DNA of 64,000 nt, taken from positions 62,001 to 126,000 of the forward strand of contig NIVC01001973.1 in assembly GCA_002269645.1 (NCBI GenBank). Direction: 5' to 3'. Numbering within the stretch: the first letter of the stretch is position 1; each line of letters starts with the position of its first letter. This stretch comes from Macrostomum lignano (Eukaryota). A program made the translations under genes and the position numbers. Of this stretch, positions 51,221 to 64,000 are shown in pieces. The notes below the pieces were generated by a model, which was not told the origin of the DNA, ran no database searches, and saw only the letters and a list, made by a program, of their open reading frames with translations.

Positions 51221-52094
51221 TGCATGTATTTTGGCCTTCTCTCGAGGACAGGGTGAAGTCGTCAAAGACAATAGAGTCATCCGAGAGTTAATTTGAGGCG
51301 TGCTAGGCCTTCGTCACTTTATGAATTTAGAATGGCATTTTGCATTTATAACAAATCTATGTAGTCTACTTAATTAGTACTTCAAGTAGAAAGTAAAGCG
51401 TTAACACAAAAACTCTTGGACGAAATTTGCGCGACTGTTTAACAAATCTACAACTCTCGTGATGAGCTCGGAACTCAACATTACAGTTGTTTGCAGTGGC
51501 TCCTCGGTGATTCTTGTCATGAAAACGATTTCAACGGTTAAGAAATATAGCCTAATTTACGAGCGTAATAAAGATAAATGATTTAAGGCAGACAGACGGA
51601 GACTTCAGTAAATCTCCAAATTTTCCAGATTATTATAAACACCGGCTTTATTAATAAATTTGAAATTTCGCATGCAAAGAATTATTAAATACCTAATAGC
51701 ATTAGAAGCTGTTATTACTATATCTTGAACTAAACTGGCCTTATTTAATAGCAAAGTTACAAAAAAAGAAAGAAGCAAACTATACTACTATCAGCTACTA
51801 CTATTCATAACTACGTTAGTAGCATATATTGCGCCTCTGCAAACAGTAGCTCGTAGTAACGATTTTTTTGAGTCAAGTACTCAATCATCGGACAGACAAT
51901 TTATACAACTAGATAACTTTAACAGGTGAGTAAGACCAAAGTGAAATTATAATGCCTTCGGCATCCGATGCATTATTTAAAAAAGAGAAGTCAGAAGACT
52001 CGTACAAATGTTAAGGGAACTTTTATAAGTTGCAAAACATGTACAATATACAAAACACATTCTAACATTCAACTTGTGAATTTGGTACGATTAA

Positions 52095-53140
52095 TGGAGG
52101 GCGATTCTTGGGGATTTGACGGCGATTATTGGTGGGGATTTGAGGGTGATTCTTGATGGGGATTTGAGGGCGATTCTTGATGGGGATTTGAGGGTGATTC
52201 TTAATGGGGATTTGAGGGCGATTCTTGATGGGGATTTGAGGGCGATTCTTGATGGGGATTTGAGGGTGATTCTTAATGGGGATTTGAGGGTGATTCTTGA
52301 TGGGGATTTGAGGGTGATTCTTGATGGGGATTTGAGGGCGATTCTTGATGGGATTCGAGGGCAATTCTTGATGGGATTCGAGGGCGATTCTTGATGGGGA
52401 TTTGAGGGCGATTCTTGATGAGGATTTGAGGGCGATTCTTGATGGGATTCAAGGGCGATTCTTGATGGGATTCGAGGGCGATTCTTGATGAGGATTTGAG
52501 AGCGATTCTTGATGGGGATTTGAGGGTGATTTTTGATGGGGATTTGAGGGTGATTCTTGATGGGGATTTGAGGGTGATTCTTGCCGGGGATTTGAGGGCG
52601 ATTTTTTATGAGGATTTGAGGGAGATTCTTGATGGGATTCGAGGGCAATTCTTGATGGGATTCGAGGCCGATTCTTGATGGGATTCGAGGGCGATTCCTG
52701 ATGAGGATTTGAGGGCGATTCTTGATGGGGATTTGAGGGTGATTCTTGATGGGAATTTGAGGGTGATTCTTGCCGGGGATTTGAGGGCGATTTTTGATGA
52801 GGATTTGAGGGAGATTCTTGATGGGATTCGAGGGCAATTCTTGATGGGATTCGAGGCCGATTCTTGATGGGATTCGAGGGCGATTCCTGATGAGGATTTG
52901 AGGGCGATTCTTGATGGGGATTTGAGGGTGATTTTTGATGGGGATTTGAGGGTGATTCTTGATGGGAATTTGAGGGTGATTCTTGCCGGGGATTTGAGGG
53001 CGATTTTTGATGAGGATTTGAGGGAGATTCTTGATGGGATTCGAGGGCAATTCTTGATGGGATTCGAGGGCGATTCTTGATGGGATTCGAGGGCGATTCT
53101 TGATGGGATTCGAGGGCGATTCTTGATGAGGATTCAAGGG
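52095..53140. repeat. 23-24-bp minisatellite (GGGATTTGAGGGCGATTCTTGATG) with 8-9-unit higher-order blocks
   Basis: Direct repeats; marker CTTGCCGGGG at 52580, 52769 and 52982. Confidence 0.96.
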
Positions 53141-53214
53141 CGAAAGGAAATCAAAGCAACAAGAAACATGATCCAATATTTCTCCAGCACAATGCTACTC
53201 AAAGTAGCACCAGC

Positions 53215-53812
53215 TTAGAACTCGCTACTACCCATGGCCTCGTCCTCGTCGTCAACAAATTTATCGTGCTGCCATTTGCCTTCGATGCCGCCACCGCCGC
53301 CGCCTCTGAAGCCGCCGAAGCGGCCGCCACCGCGACGAAAACCGCGGCCGCCGCGCCCGCCCCGACGATATCCGTCGCCGTCTGTAGGCCTGCGCTCTCC
53401 TCGATCGTCGTGCAAAAAATATGACGGCGCTTTCGGCGTAGCCAACGGGTCCAGAGCGGCCGCTGCCGGCGGTCTGTAGTACAACCGATTCGAGTCGAAC
53501 TTGCCGCCCCCGCTTTCGGTAAAGTTTTTCACCGGCCGGACGCCGAGCCGTTCGGCGATTGGTCGGCGACGAAAGCGTCGTTGATTTTGACCGCCAGCTA
53601 ACGGCGACAGCGGCTCCTCGGGCGACGGCGACGGCGACAGCGAAGCAAACCGACGCCCGCCGATTCTGTCGTGAACCCGGCGAGGCGGCTGAGGCGGCAG
53701 CCTGAGGATCACCGGGGAGCGGGATCGGGACGCAGAGCGCGAACGGGAACGCGACGAGTAGCGCCGGCGAGAATAACGATTCGAGGACGACATGTGGATT
53801 GAGCGGCGCTCT
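53215..53812 (-). CDS. RS/RGG protein with BCLAF1/THRAP3 (Btz-like) C-terminal motif, exon 2
   Basis: cctgacag|A GAG; RS tract SRSRSRSASRSRSP; TPKAPSYFLHDDRG...RGGRGGRGF...KWQHDKF resembles BCLAF1/THRAP3 TPKSKKYFLHDDR...GRGRG...KW.HDK and the CASC3 Btz motif; stop at 53215. Confidence 0.8.
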
Positions 53813-53889
53813 CTGTCAGGTGAGAAATGTATTACGAAATTGTGAAATATCCACAGCATACTACTCAATAGTAATATAACATACCCGAT

Positions 53890-54105
53890 ACTAATACCCA
53901 ACCTACCCAATCCCTGATCCCAACCTACCCAATCCCTGATCCCCAACCTACCCAATCCCTGATCCCCAACCTACCCAATCCCTGATCCCCAATCTACCCA
54001 ATCCCTGATCCCCAACCTACCCAATCCCTGATCCCAACCTGCCCAATCCCTAATCCCCAAATTCCCAACCTACTAAATCCCTAATCCAAACCCAATCGCT
54101 GATCA
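53890..54105. repeat. 22-23-bp minisatellite (CCAACCTACCCAATCCCTGATCC) in the intron
   Basis: Direct repeats; G-rich on the minus strand. Confidence 0.93.
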
Positions 54106-54188
54106 TTAATCTACCCTTATCTTCGATCAGCAGCTAACAGCATTGTAAATCAGCCGACTAAGAAATCTCAAGTGTATTATGTACTAAC

Positions 54189-54550
54189 CTATCGCCGCTA
54201 CCCCCGTTGCTATGCTGCCGCTGCGAGTGCCGGACGCTGCTATAAGTTCTAGGCGGCGATCTGGGCTCAGGCGTGAGTCGGTCGTGATGAAATTTCAACA
54301 CCTCAGGTCGTTGAAACACTGGCGCGCTGCCTTCGTCAGTACGCCGAGGCAGACGGATGGCATCGACGTCGGGATCGAAGCGGCGGACCAGCGGCTCAGT
54401 GCTTGGCGGTCCGCGCACTTTACGTTCAATAACAATTGATACATCTTCATCAATAGTGAGAGGCTGACTAGGCTGATTACTTAAGCGACGGAATCTTTCG
54501 CTAGTTGTCTGACTGGTGGTGTGCCGCTTATCTAAACTGCGACTGCTCAT
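54189..54550 (-). CDS. BCLAF1/THRAP3-like protein, exon 1 (120 codons + 2 nt)
   Basis: ATG at 54550; donor GAT AG|gttagt is phase 2 and joins exon 2 in frame (AG|A = Arg), giving 319 aa; CpG-rich non-repetitive coding sequence. Further upstream exons cannot be excluded. Confidence 0.72.
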
Positions 54551-54727
54551 TCTGTTCTGCTGTTGGTTTCTTGAAAAAAAGAAATGACAAATATTTGCTT
54601 TTTAAACTCCAAGTGCTCAAGTAGACACGTTATAGTTATTGAGTTGCTCTCCAAGACAGATGTGCAGTTTTCTAATCACATAAATGATTAAAACAAAGTA
54701 TCTGTAATACACACTAAACTATAAGAC

Positions 54728-55340
54728 ATGGGAATTGCTCCAATGCTACAAGGGTTCGAGGGGAATTGCTCCAATGCTACAAGGGCTTGTGGGGAATTGC
54801 TCCAATGCTACAAGGGCTTGTGGGGAATTGCTCCAATGCTACAAGGGCTTGAGGGGAATTGCTCCAATGCTACAAGGGCTTGAGGGAATTTGCTGCAATG
54901 CTTACAAGGGCTTCTGGGGAATTGCTCCAATGCTACAAGGGCTTGTGGGGAATTGCTCCAATGCTACAAGGGCTTGAGGGGAATTGCTCCAATGCTACAA
55001 GGGCTTGAGGGAATTTTCTCCAATGCTTACAAGGGCTTCTGGGGAATTGCTCCAATGCTACAAGGGCTTGAGGGGAATTGCTCCAATGCTACAAGGGCTT
55101 GAGGGAATTTGCTCCAATGCTTACAAGGGCTTCTGGGGAATTGCTCCAATGCTACAAGGGCTTGTGGGGAATTGCTCCAATGCTACAAGGGCTTGTGGGG
55201 AATTGCTCCAATGCTACAAGGGCTTGTGGGGAATTTCTCCAATGCTACAAGGGCTTGTGGGGAATTTCTCCAATGCTACAAGGGCTTGTGGGAAATTGCT
55301 CCAATGCTAAAAGGGCTTGTGATGAATTGCTCCAATGCTA
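54728..55340. repeat. 31-bp minisatellite (GGGAATTGCTCCAATGCTACAAGGGCTTGTG)
   Basis: Direct repeats. Confidence 0.96.
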
Positions 55341-58300
55341 CTAGAGTTAGAAAAAGTAAATAAATCAATTTTTATTACTACAAGTAGTTTGAGGTTAAAA
55401 GGTAACATTTCTTAAAAATAGCATAAGATTTAGACATAGTAGGTATTATACTTTTTTAATATTTGTAAACTTTAGGAGAATCATCCTTAGGCTTAGGTCT
55501 GGGCCCTCGCCACTCTGTGAAAAATTACTAGGCTTTAAATGTCTTGCTTAGCTAGGCCAACAATATTTTATATCTAATTTCTGAAGAGATATTAATACTA
55601 ATAGTAATATAAAACAATTTACAGTAAGTAAGTGCAGTCTATTTCAAATAGCCTAATATTCTAGTAATGGAGCCTAATAAATAAAAATCTAGACTAAATT
55701 CTATAGTCCAGATAGTGCAGCATAGTACGTATACCAGAAAATGCCTTTTTTGTTTTGCTATACCAAATGCATGCCAGTTTTAAATCACAAAAAATTATTG
55801 ACTGTTGTAAAATTCTTCAAGAAAAATGCAATTGAGGAAACTAATTTCAAATTGTCTAAAGAAATGTTTTTAAACAAAACTTTCTACAACAACTTAGCAA
55901 ATGCAAAAATTGCTAAGATTACCAACAACTTTTTAATTATTTAACTATTTTGTTAACTTTATATTTATAAAATTACCATTTGAATTATAAACTAAGATGA
56001 GTTTTTTGAAACTCTTGTAGCATACATACTTTTAAAAAAGGAAAATTATTGAAATGTTTAATTTTGTGTTTGTCAAAGTTTTAAAGTTTTGGTAAATATA
56101 AATTGGTATGCCAAAAATTTACTTGAGCCTCAAGTGGTAACACCAAAGTGATAAACCAAAATAGCTAAACTATCCATTAGTACTGGTATACTAGAAATTT
56201 CTAGCATACCATGTAACTTTCCAAAGTGTAGACTAAACCTTACCTTCAGATTACTAAACAATGTAATACTAGGAGACTAAAAAGACCTGTGATATATTAT
56301 ACAGTATTTAATTGGTTATAGTTTGAAATACCATTTTTATAATTAGTACTAAGACCAGATGGCCACAGCTCTAAATGTCTAACTTTCTTAGTTAATACAG
56401 GTAAATATTTAAAATTGCATGAGTTGAAGATGTGGCAGTATATTGATTTTATGTATATGTCTATTAGTTTGAGATGGCTATTGGCTATCTTTGGTTAAAA
56501 TTGCAATTGCTCCATTTAAAAAAAACTAAAACTAGATGGAAGGGATAGGGATTGAGAGATTTCTTGAAGCATTGCTTTCTTGTCAATCCTGAATACCAAT
56601 TCTTCTGTTGCAATCATGGCTAGATGCCCTATAGCATCCATGCCATCTACTCATATAATTTTTACCATAGAGACATATATATGACCTTTGGTAGACCTAT
56701 GCAACTTTGGCAACTCTAGTATATCAAAGGCCCTATTTTGACATCTACCTAAACAAGTTTCTATAGTGCTATTGCCAGCTGCGCAACATCTTAAGCAATA
56801 TCCTTTTCTAGGTGGCGCATTAGTATGGTGTTTAAAACTATCTATTTAGTAATTTATTAATAAACTCTCAATTGTTCTATTGATAAAACTTTTTTTAAAT
56901 TTTCAAAAAAGAATTAAATATATGAAATAAGAGCTAGAAGATTGCTGATATACTATATTAGAATTAGATTAACCAAAAAAATATTTGTATAAGTTAAGGT
57001 TATAGCTTTTATTATTAGCATTTATCTATTAAATAAATCAAATAGGGCCTAGCCTAATATACCTTGTTGCATATGCATCCAGGTTTCTTATATAGGATTG
57101 TGGTAGGTGGGTGCCTACTACTGACAATTTTCAAATTGCCCTGTTTCTATTTGTAATTTATCATTTGTCCCAGGTTTGGCCCTCTTATGTCCACCTTAAG
57201 GTGTTGCCCTGACGTCACCCCTCGTCATTTCCTACTCCCTGGGTCTAGCCCTCCATTCCCCTGTTCTGGCCTTTGTGCCCCTTTTTCTGCTCAATGTAGC
57301 TTTTGCCAATCTTCCCCATATTAATTTTTGCTTGTCCATGTTTATGTCCATATTAACTAGAATAATTAATGCTCAAACCATATTACGATCTTTGTGCGCC
57401 ATCATATGGTCTTAAACAATAATATTTATAGCTCAATGCGAGCCCACCAAAATTAACTCTGACCCCCCATCCCTCCTTTTCTCTTGTTTTACTGCTTCAA
57501 ACTGTTGACTTCTAATATTTTCCTATTTGGTTGATCAATTACTTGCGTGTTTAATCAATAACTAGTGCATCCGTTTAGCAACTAATAGTACCTGTTTTAT
57601 AGTTGCTTTTGCAGCATCACCTTGCATCTTATTATTTGTTGTTAGTAATTACAATTTTATCCAGTGCAATTAATAAACTCAATTAAACTTAATACTCATT
57701 GCTTAATAAAGACCATAGCTTATCTTAAGTCATTTGCCCGTGGGGCATAAAATAACCAAGTTCTCATCTTAAAGAAAGCTCTTGAGACTTCAATGCTCTA
57801 TAATACGCAATTACGGTGGTGGCAATGCTACTCTACTAATATTAATCAGTCAAGCATTTGAAGTGCATTAACTACGATGTCTGAGGACCCCTCTGAATGC
57901 TCAGGCCTAACTAAGACTGCTTGCCTACAACTGAAACTATCCTCCCCCCAGAATTTAAGGACCCTGGCAGTCGGAGTTAAACAGGAAAATTTTGTTGTGA
58001 TTTGTCTGCGCGATTTTCCGGCTTTATTTGTGCGAATGCAATGCTAACTAGTTTCAAAGAAACCTAAACCTACCCACTTCAAACTAGAAAATTTTTTTAT
58101 CTTCTTTTTTGCTCCACTTCAGGATTATTGATGACTTTTTAATAAACTAATAGATCTATATTATTGGCTTTAAATTTAACATAATTTTAGGTAGGCCTAA
58201 TTATCATTATTAGAATAGGGTAACATCTTATCAATCAAACAAGGGATCTTCAAAACCAAAAATGCTAGTGACTTTCATTTTTATTATCTCATGGGCCTAG

Positions 58301-58924
58301 CCTATAGGCCATCTATAAAAGTGACATATAATTTGAAAGAAAACATTTTTATCTACAAAATGAGATAAAGTTTTGACAATATACTTGATAGATACTCAAA
58401 AAAATTAGCATTACTGATAGAAATTATTAAGGAAATACACATTTTGGAATTTTTTCTTGATTTGGGATGTCTGCAAAAGAATTGTTTTAGAGACTACAAT
58501 TTTTAACTTACAATTACATTCAAAACAAAACAGTTTTTGAATTCAGTGTTAGGCCTAAATTTTCTACAAAGCAATATAACACACATACCAATCTGATATA
58601 TAGGCCTAGTTGGGCAAAAAATGCACAAAAAATTGGGCACAAAATTGAAAAACATAGAAGTCAGGCCTAGGTCTAGATAATATTTCAAATATATTATTAA
58701 TTTATTAATTTTTAATTAACTATATATTTATTATATTTTTAATAGTATAAAGTTGCAAATCTATGTCATGATAGAATTTAGAAAGAACTAGCAATCTTCG
58801 CCCCCCGATGGGGGACATCTGGATAGAACTTCTGTTCTCTACAAGTAACAAAAAGACAGCCAAATAGAGTCTTCACAAAGACAGCAGAAAAACTGCTCAA
58901 ATGAAGCGCAATGCAAAAAGAAAA

Positions 58925-59180
58925 CATCCCAAGACAGCAAGCATCCCCCCTCCCCCCCAGATAGCAAGCACCCCCACATAGCAAGCACCCCCAGATAGCA
59001 AGCACCCCCAGATAGCAAGCACCCCCAGATAGCAAGCACCCCCAGATAGCAAGCACCCCCAGATAGCAAGCACCCCCAGATAGCAAGCATCCCTCAGATA
59101 GCAAGCACCCCAGATAGAAAAAACCACCAGATAGCAAGCATCCAATTGATAGCAAGTATCCTTAAATAGCAAGCATTCAC
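58925..59180. repeat. 17-bp minisatellite (GATAGCAAGCACCCCCA)
   Basis: Direct repeats. Confidence 0.94.
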
Positions 59181-59299
59181 CAGACAAAAAGTATATAGTG
59201 CAACATTTCCTTAGCTTTCTAGGGGCTCCTTTATGATTGGCATGACGCTTCTTATTACGTTTGAAAATGTCTCTCCTATGTTTGAAATGGTGGCTATGG

Positions 59300-61900
59300 C
59301 TATTTTATTTTTGAATTCGTGGCTTTTTAATGTTTGGCATGGTGACTCTTTAATGTTCTACATGGTGGCTCTTTAATGTTTGACATCTTGCCAGTTTTAT
59401 GTCTGTCATGGTGGCTCCTTACTGTTAGAAACGGTGGCTCTTTAATGTTTGACATGGAGTCACATATATGTTTCACATGGTGGCTCTTCTATGTCTAACT
59501 TGGTAGCTCTTTTATGTTTGACATCGTGGCTCGTTAATGTTCTACATTGTGGCTCTTTAATGTTCTACATGGTGGCTCTTTAGTGTTTGACATGGTGGCT
59601 CTATAATGTTCTACATTGTGGCTCTTTAATGTTCTACATATTGTGGCTCTTTAACGTTCGACAGGGTGGCTCTTTAATGTTTGACATGGAGTCACGTATA
59701 TATTTGGCATGGAGTCACGTATATGTTTGACATGGTGGCTCTTTAGTGTTCGATATGGTGGCTCTTTAATGTTTGACATAGTGGCTCTTAATTTTTGACA
59801 TGGTGGCTCTTTAATGTTTGACATGGAGTCACGTATGTGTTTGACATGGAGTCACGTATATGTTAGACATGGTGGCTCTTTAATGTTTGACATGGTGGCT
59901 CTTTAATGTTCGACATGGTGGCTCTTTATTGTTCGAAATTGTGGCTCTTTAATGCTCTACATTGTGGCTCTTTAATGTTCTACATGGTAGCTCTTTAATG
60001 CCTGACATTGTGGCTCTTTAATGTTCTACATATTGTGGCTCTTTAATCTTTGACATGGTGGCTCTTTATTGTTTGACATGATGACTCTTTAATGTTTGAC
60101 GTGGTGGCTCGTTAATGTTCTACATTGTGGCTCTTTATTGTTTGACATGATGGCTTTATAATGTTTGACATCATGGCTCTTTAATGTTCTACATTGTGGC
60201 TCTTTAATGTTCTACATGGTGGCTCTTTAATGCTTGACATTGTGGCTCTTTAATGTTCTACATATTTTGGCTCTTTAATGTTTGACATTGTGGCTCTTTA
60301 ATGTTCTACATTGTGGCTCTTTAATGTTCTACATTGTGGCTCTTTATTGTTTGACATGAAGGCTCTTTAATGTTCTACATTGTGGCTCTTTATTGTTTGA
60401 CATGATGGCTCTTTGATGTTTGACATGGAGTCACGTATGTGTTAGACATGGAGTCATGTATATATTTGGCATGGAGTCACATATATGCTTTACATGGTGG
60501 CTCTTTAATGTTTGACATGTTGGCTCTTTAATTTTTGACATGGTGGCTCCTTAATGTTTGACATGGTGGCTCTTTTATGCTTGACATGGACTCACGTATA
60601 TGTTTGACATGGTGGCTCTTTAATGTTTGACATGGTGGCTCTTTAATGTTCGACATGGTGGCTCTTTTATGCTTGACATGGTGGCTCTTTTATGCTTGAC
60701 ATGGTGGCTCTTTAATGTTCGATATGGTGGCTCTTTAATTTTCGAAATGGTGGCTGTTTTATGTTTGACAAGGTGGCTCTTTAATGTTTGACATGGTAGC
60801 TCTTAAATGTTTGACATGGTAGCTCTTTTATGTTCAACATGGTGGCTCTTTATTGTTTGACATGGTGGCTATTTAATGTTCGAAATGGTGGCTCTTGAAA
60901 GTTTGACATAAAGTCACATATATGTTTGAGATGGTGGCTCTTAAATGTTTGACATGGTGGCTCCTAAATGTTTGACATGGTGGCTCTTTACTGTTTGAAA
61001 TGGTGGCTCTTTAATGTTCTACATGGTAACTCTTTTATGTTCGACATGGTGGCTTTTTAATGTCTGACATGGTGGCTCCCAAATGTTTGACACGGTGGCT
61101 CTTTAATGTTCTTCATGGTGGCTCTTTAATATTCTACATGGTGGCTCTTTTATGTTTGACACGGTGGCTTTTAATGTCTGACATGATGGCACTTTTATGT
61201 TTTGACATAGTGGCTCTTTAATGTTTGACATGGTGGCTCTTAAATGTTTAACCTGGTGACTCTTTTATGTTTGACATGGCGGCTCTCTAATGTTTGACAA
61301 AGTGGCTATTTAATGTTCGAAATGGTGGCTCTTGAAAGTTTGACATAAAGTCACATATATGTTTGAGATGGTGGCTCTTAAATGTTTGACATGGTGGCTC
61401 CTAAATGTTTGACATGGTGGCTCTTTACTGTTTGAAATGGTGGCTCTTTAATGTTCTACATGGTAACTCTTTTATGTTCGACATGGTGGCTTTTTAATGT
61501 CTGACATGGTGGCTCCCAAATGTTTGACACGGTGGCTCTTTAATGTTCTTCATGGTGGCTCTTTAATATTCTACATGGTGGCTCTTTTATGTTTGATACG
61601 GTGGCTTTTTAATGTCTGACATGGTGGCTATTTTATGTTTGACATGGTGGCTCTTCTATGTTTAACATGGTGGCTCTTTTATGTTTGACAAAGTGGCTAT
61701 TTGATGTTTGATATGGTGACACTTAAATGTTTGACATAAAGTCACATAAATGTTAGACGTGGTGGCTCGTTTAGTTTTGACATGGTGGCTTTTTAATCGT
61801 TGACATGGAGTCACGTATATGTTTGACATAGTGCTTATTTTATGTTTGGCATGGTGGCTCTTTTATGTTTGACATGGTGGCTCTTCTATGTTTGACATTC
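59300..61900. repeat. ~2.6-kb 23-bp minisatellite (CATGGTGGCTCTTTAATGTTTGA)
   Basis: More than 100 diverged copies; a 437-bp block is duplicated (60867 and 61304). Confidence 0.97.
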
Positions 61901-61964
61901 CGCTTCTATTATGTTTAGCAGTTTTGTGTTTTTAAGGTGTTTTGATAAAAAAATCTTTTTGCAC

Positions 61965-62025
61965 TACTAAGATTCAAACCCAGGTCGCTACATTAGCATT
62001 CCAGTCTGTTTGCATCTTGGCTATC
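61965..62025 (-). other. Possible degenerate tRNA-derived SINE head
   Basis: Minus strand TAGCCAAGATG (A-box-like) ... GGGTTTGAATC (B-box-like). Confidence 0.3.
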
Positions 62026-62379
62026 TATTTTCAATTGGAGAACATGAATTGTGGCCATTATAATTCAATTCTTACAGCAAGTCAATTGGAGTAAAAAGTT
62101 ATGACATAATCAATTTCTCAGTCAGCCAGTATCAGTCTCAATTTGAGTTAGCAATATGGTTACGCAATTTCATTCAAGTCGTGTGTGCATTTCTTCGGCA
62201 CTGTTTTCAACTTGTTGTGATGCAATCTTTATCACAATCGGAATTCAGCCAGTCAGTTTTTTCTCTAGCATTCTTACAATGAATTTTAGGTCGAAAGAGC
62301 TGCTTGACCTTTGCAAAAAAGCATGTTTTTCGAATATTTAATCCCTTTAACATTGAGAAATTTCTTAGCCAGGATGCAT

Positions 62380-62498
62380 GTACCGTCCTAGGAAAATTTC
62401 CGATCGAATGGTGCAAGTTTGAAGAAAATCGGTTGAGCCGTTTTTTCTGGAATCTATCCCACACATACACACAGACATTTCATTTTTAGTATATAGGA
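62380..62498 (+). mobile_element. Helitron/Helentron-like non-autonomous 3' end
   Basis: GCAAGTTTGAAGAAAATCGGTTGAGCCGTTTTT ... ACACATACACACAGACATTTCATTTTTAGTATATAGGAT, the layout typical of invertebrate non-autonomous Helitron-like elements. Confidence 0.5.
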
Positions 62499-62721
62499 TA
62501 TATAATGGAGATTCAATGTTGTACATGGCTTTCTTGGTATATGACCATCTTGGAGACTTGGTGCAGCTCTTATATATTTACCATTTTTGTATATAGATAT
62601 AATTTTAGGCAATGGCTATAGTTCCGGCACCTGAACCCATTTTCTAATGGCTATGGATCTAGCAGTCTTCTGCAGGCAGTTATTTACTGACTACTAGGCC
62701 CTAATGACATCTTTGAACATT

Positions 62722-63161
62722 GGCAGTTGTTATTTGTCCGGTGACTGGACAAATAGCGATGTGGTTATTTGTCCAGTTACTGGATCCTGACCATGCTTTC
62801 CTATTTATCTTGTTAATACCGGACAAATAGACATTTTGTTATTTGTCCGGTTAAATTAATAATTCTAAAATTTCTTGTTCATAAAAACCACAAGGGTAAA
62901 TATTCCTAGACTTCAAAGACTTCTTACTTGTATCTTGATTATTATATTGTTTTACTAGTATGTGTTTTATACACCAAATTATGCCAAATTGAATACACTG
63001 CTTTGCTTATACTCTAAAGAAAATAATCATCAGTATACGAGAAAAGGTCCTAAAAATCTAGAATATTCATTACAAAACAAATAAGATACTTGTGTTAGCA
63101 ACTTAACCGGACAAATAGCAAAAAGGCTATTCGTCCAGTCACCGGACAAATAACAACTGCC
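62722..63161. mobile_element. Mutator-like (MULE) MITE, 440 bp
   Basis: TIR GGCAGTTGTTATTTGTCCGGTGACTGGAC(A/G)AATAGC; exact 9-bp TSD TTGAACATT (62713-62721 and 63162-63170); internal GGACAAATA subrepeats. Confidence 0.92.
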
Positions 63162-63622
63162 TTGAACATTAGGCCTAGAAGTATAGTATCTTGTTTTGAA
63201 TCTTATCGTTTCATTCTGATCTTATCTTAAACGAAACCTCAATATAAACCACCCATTAAAAAGCAAGAAGTTTTTGCTATATTATACCCATAAACTGCAC
63301 TACTGGAATACCACTGCCAGATCCATCTAGGCCTAGCCATTAGAAAATGGGTTCCAGTGCCAGAACTCTAGCCTTTGCCATAATTTTACTAAATAAGGGG
63401 CCTTACTATAATAGGCCCCCATAAGCCCTACTATATAGTTAGACAGATATATTTAGTTGGGATTTAAAAATATTAATATTTAGCCCATCAGTTAAAGGAC
63501 TAGTGGAAGTAGTAGTAGTAGTAAGAAGTTGGCTCAGGCGATTAGCCTGTTTGGCCAATATATTATAGAGCTGTGTATTTTGAAAAATTTTCGAAATAGA
63601 GGTTTAAAGCAAGGACGACTTA

Positions 63623-63882
63623 GGGCCTTTTCATATTACCAATTCCAGAACCAGAATCGGTTCGGAATTCCAAGAAAAACAGCAGTATAACTATTAAACT
63701 CTGTTAATATTTGACTACCTCAACAACCTAACTTAGCACAATTTTTCACTTTCTTCTTGACGATTGTCAATCAATAATAAAAACTTTATAGCACGTATCT
63801 CCCTCTAGTTATGGAGACAAAAAGTTATACTTCACAAATTAGTTCTGGTTCTGGAACCAGAGCAAGCAATATGAAAAGGCCC
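63623..63882. mobile_element. PIF/Harbinger (Tourist-like) MITE, 260 bp
   Basis: TIR GGGCCTTTTCATATT plus inner CCAGAACCAGAA/TTCTGGTTCTGG; TTA on both flanks (63620-63622, 63883-63885). Confidence 0.85.
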
Positions 63883-64000
63883 TTAAGTAGAAGGACGGGA
63901 AACCTCGTTTCTTAGAAAATTTTTGAAGGCACTCTTTCCCGAAAAAATACACTGCGGAGATAGGAAATAAATAAAAAAATTAACATAGATAAATCAAAAT

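Noticed and set aside
52062-53176. 361-aa Pro/Ile/Lys/Asn ORF downstream of the BCLAF1-like gene
   Set aside because: Translation of the 23-24-bp array; the gene stops at 53215.

Overview
Eukaryotic (animal, bilaterian, probably invertebrate) genomic DNA; not prokaryotic, with no CRISPR array, rRNA or intact tRNA. Four protein-coding loci are supported. (1) An intronless, unusually divergent UBE2D/Ubc4-type E2 (10344-10787, +). (2) A complete AP-2 (TFAP2) transcription factor gene reconstructed by hand on the minus strand (28515->13814; 6 phase-consistent GT-AG exons plus a candidate 36-nt in-frame microexon; 501 or 513 aa). (3) A small secreted, neuropeptide-prohormone-like ORF of unknown family (45880-46188, +). 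(4) A two-exon RS/RGG protein with a BCLAF1/THRAP3 (Btz-like) C-terminal motif (54550->53215, -). Much of the rest is about 35 different minisatellite arrays (units mostly 17-31 bp, many sharing a GGCGCC core) and short non-autonomous DNA transposons. From their TIRs and TSDs these are Tc1/mariner, CMC/EnSpm-like, MULE, PIF/Harbinger, a foldback with satellite arms, and Helentron/HINE-like ends. Most long ORFs in the supplied track are translations of tandem repeats. Array boundaries are approximate (about +/-20 bp). Family assignments come from motif recognition by eye; no database search was run.
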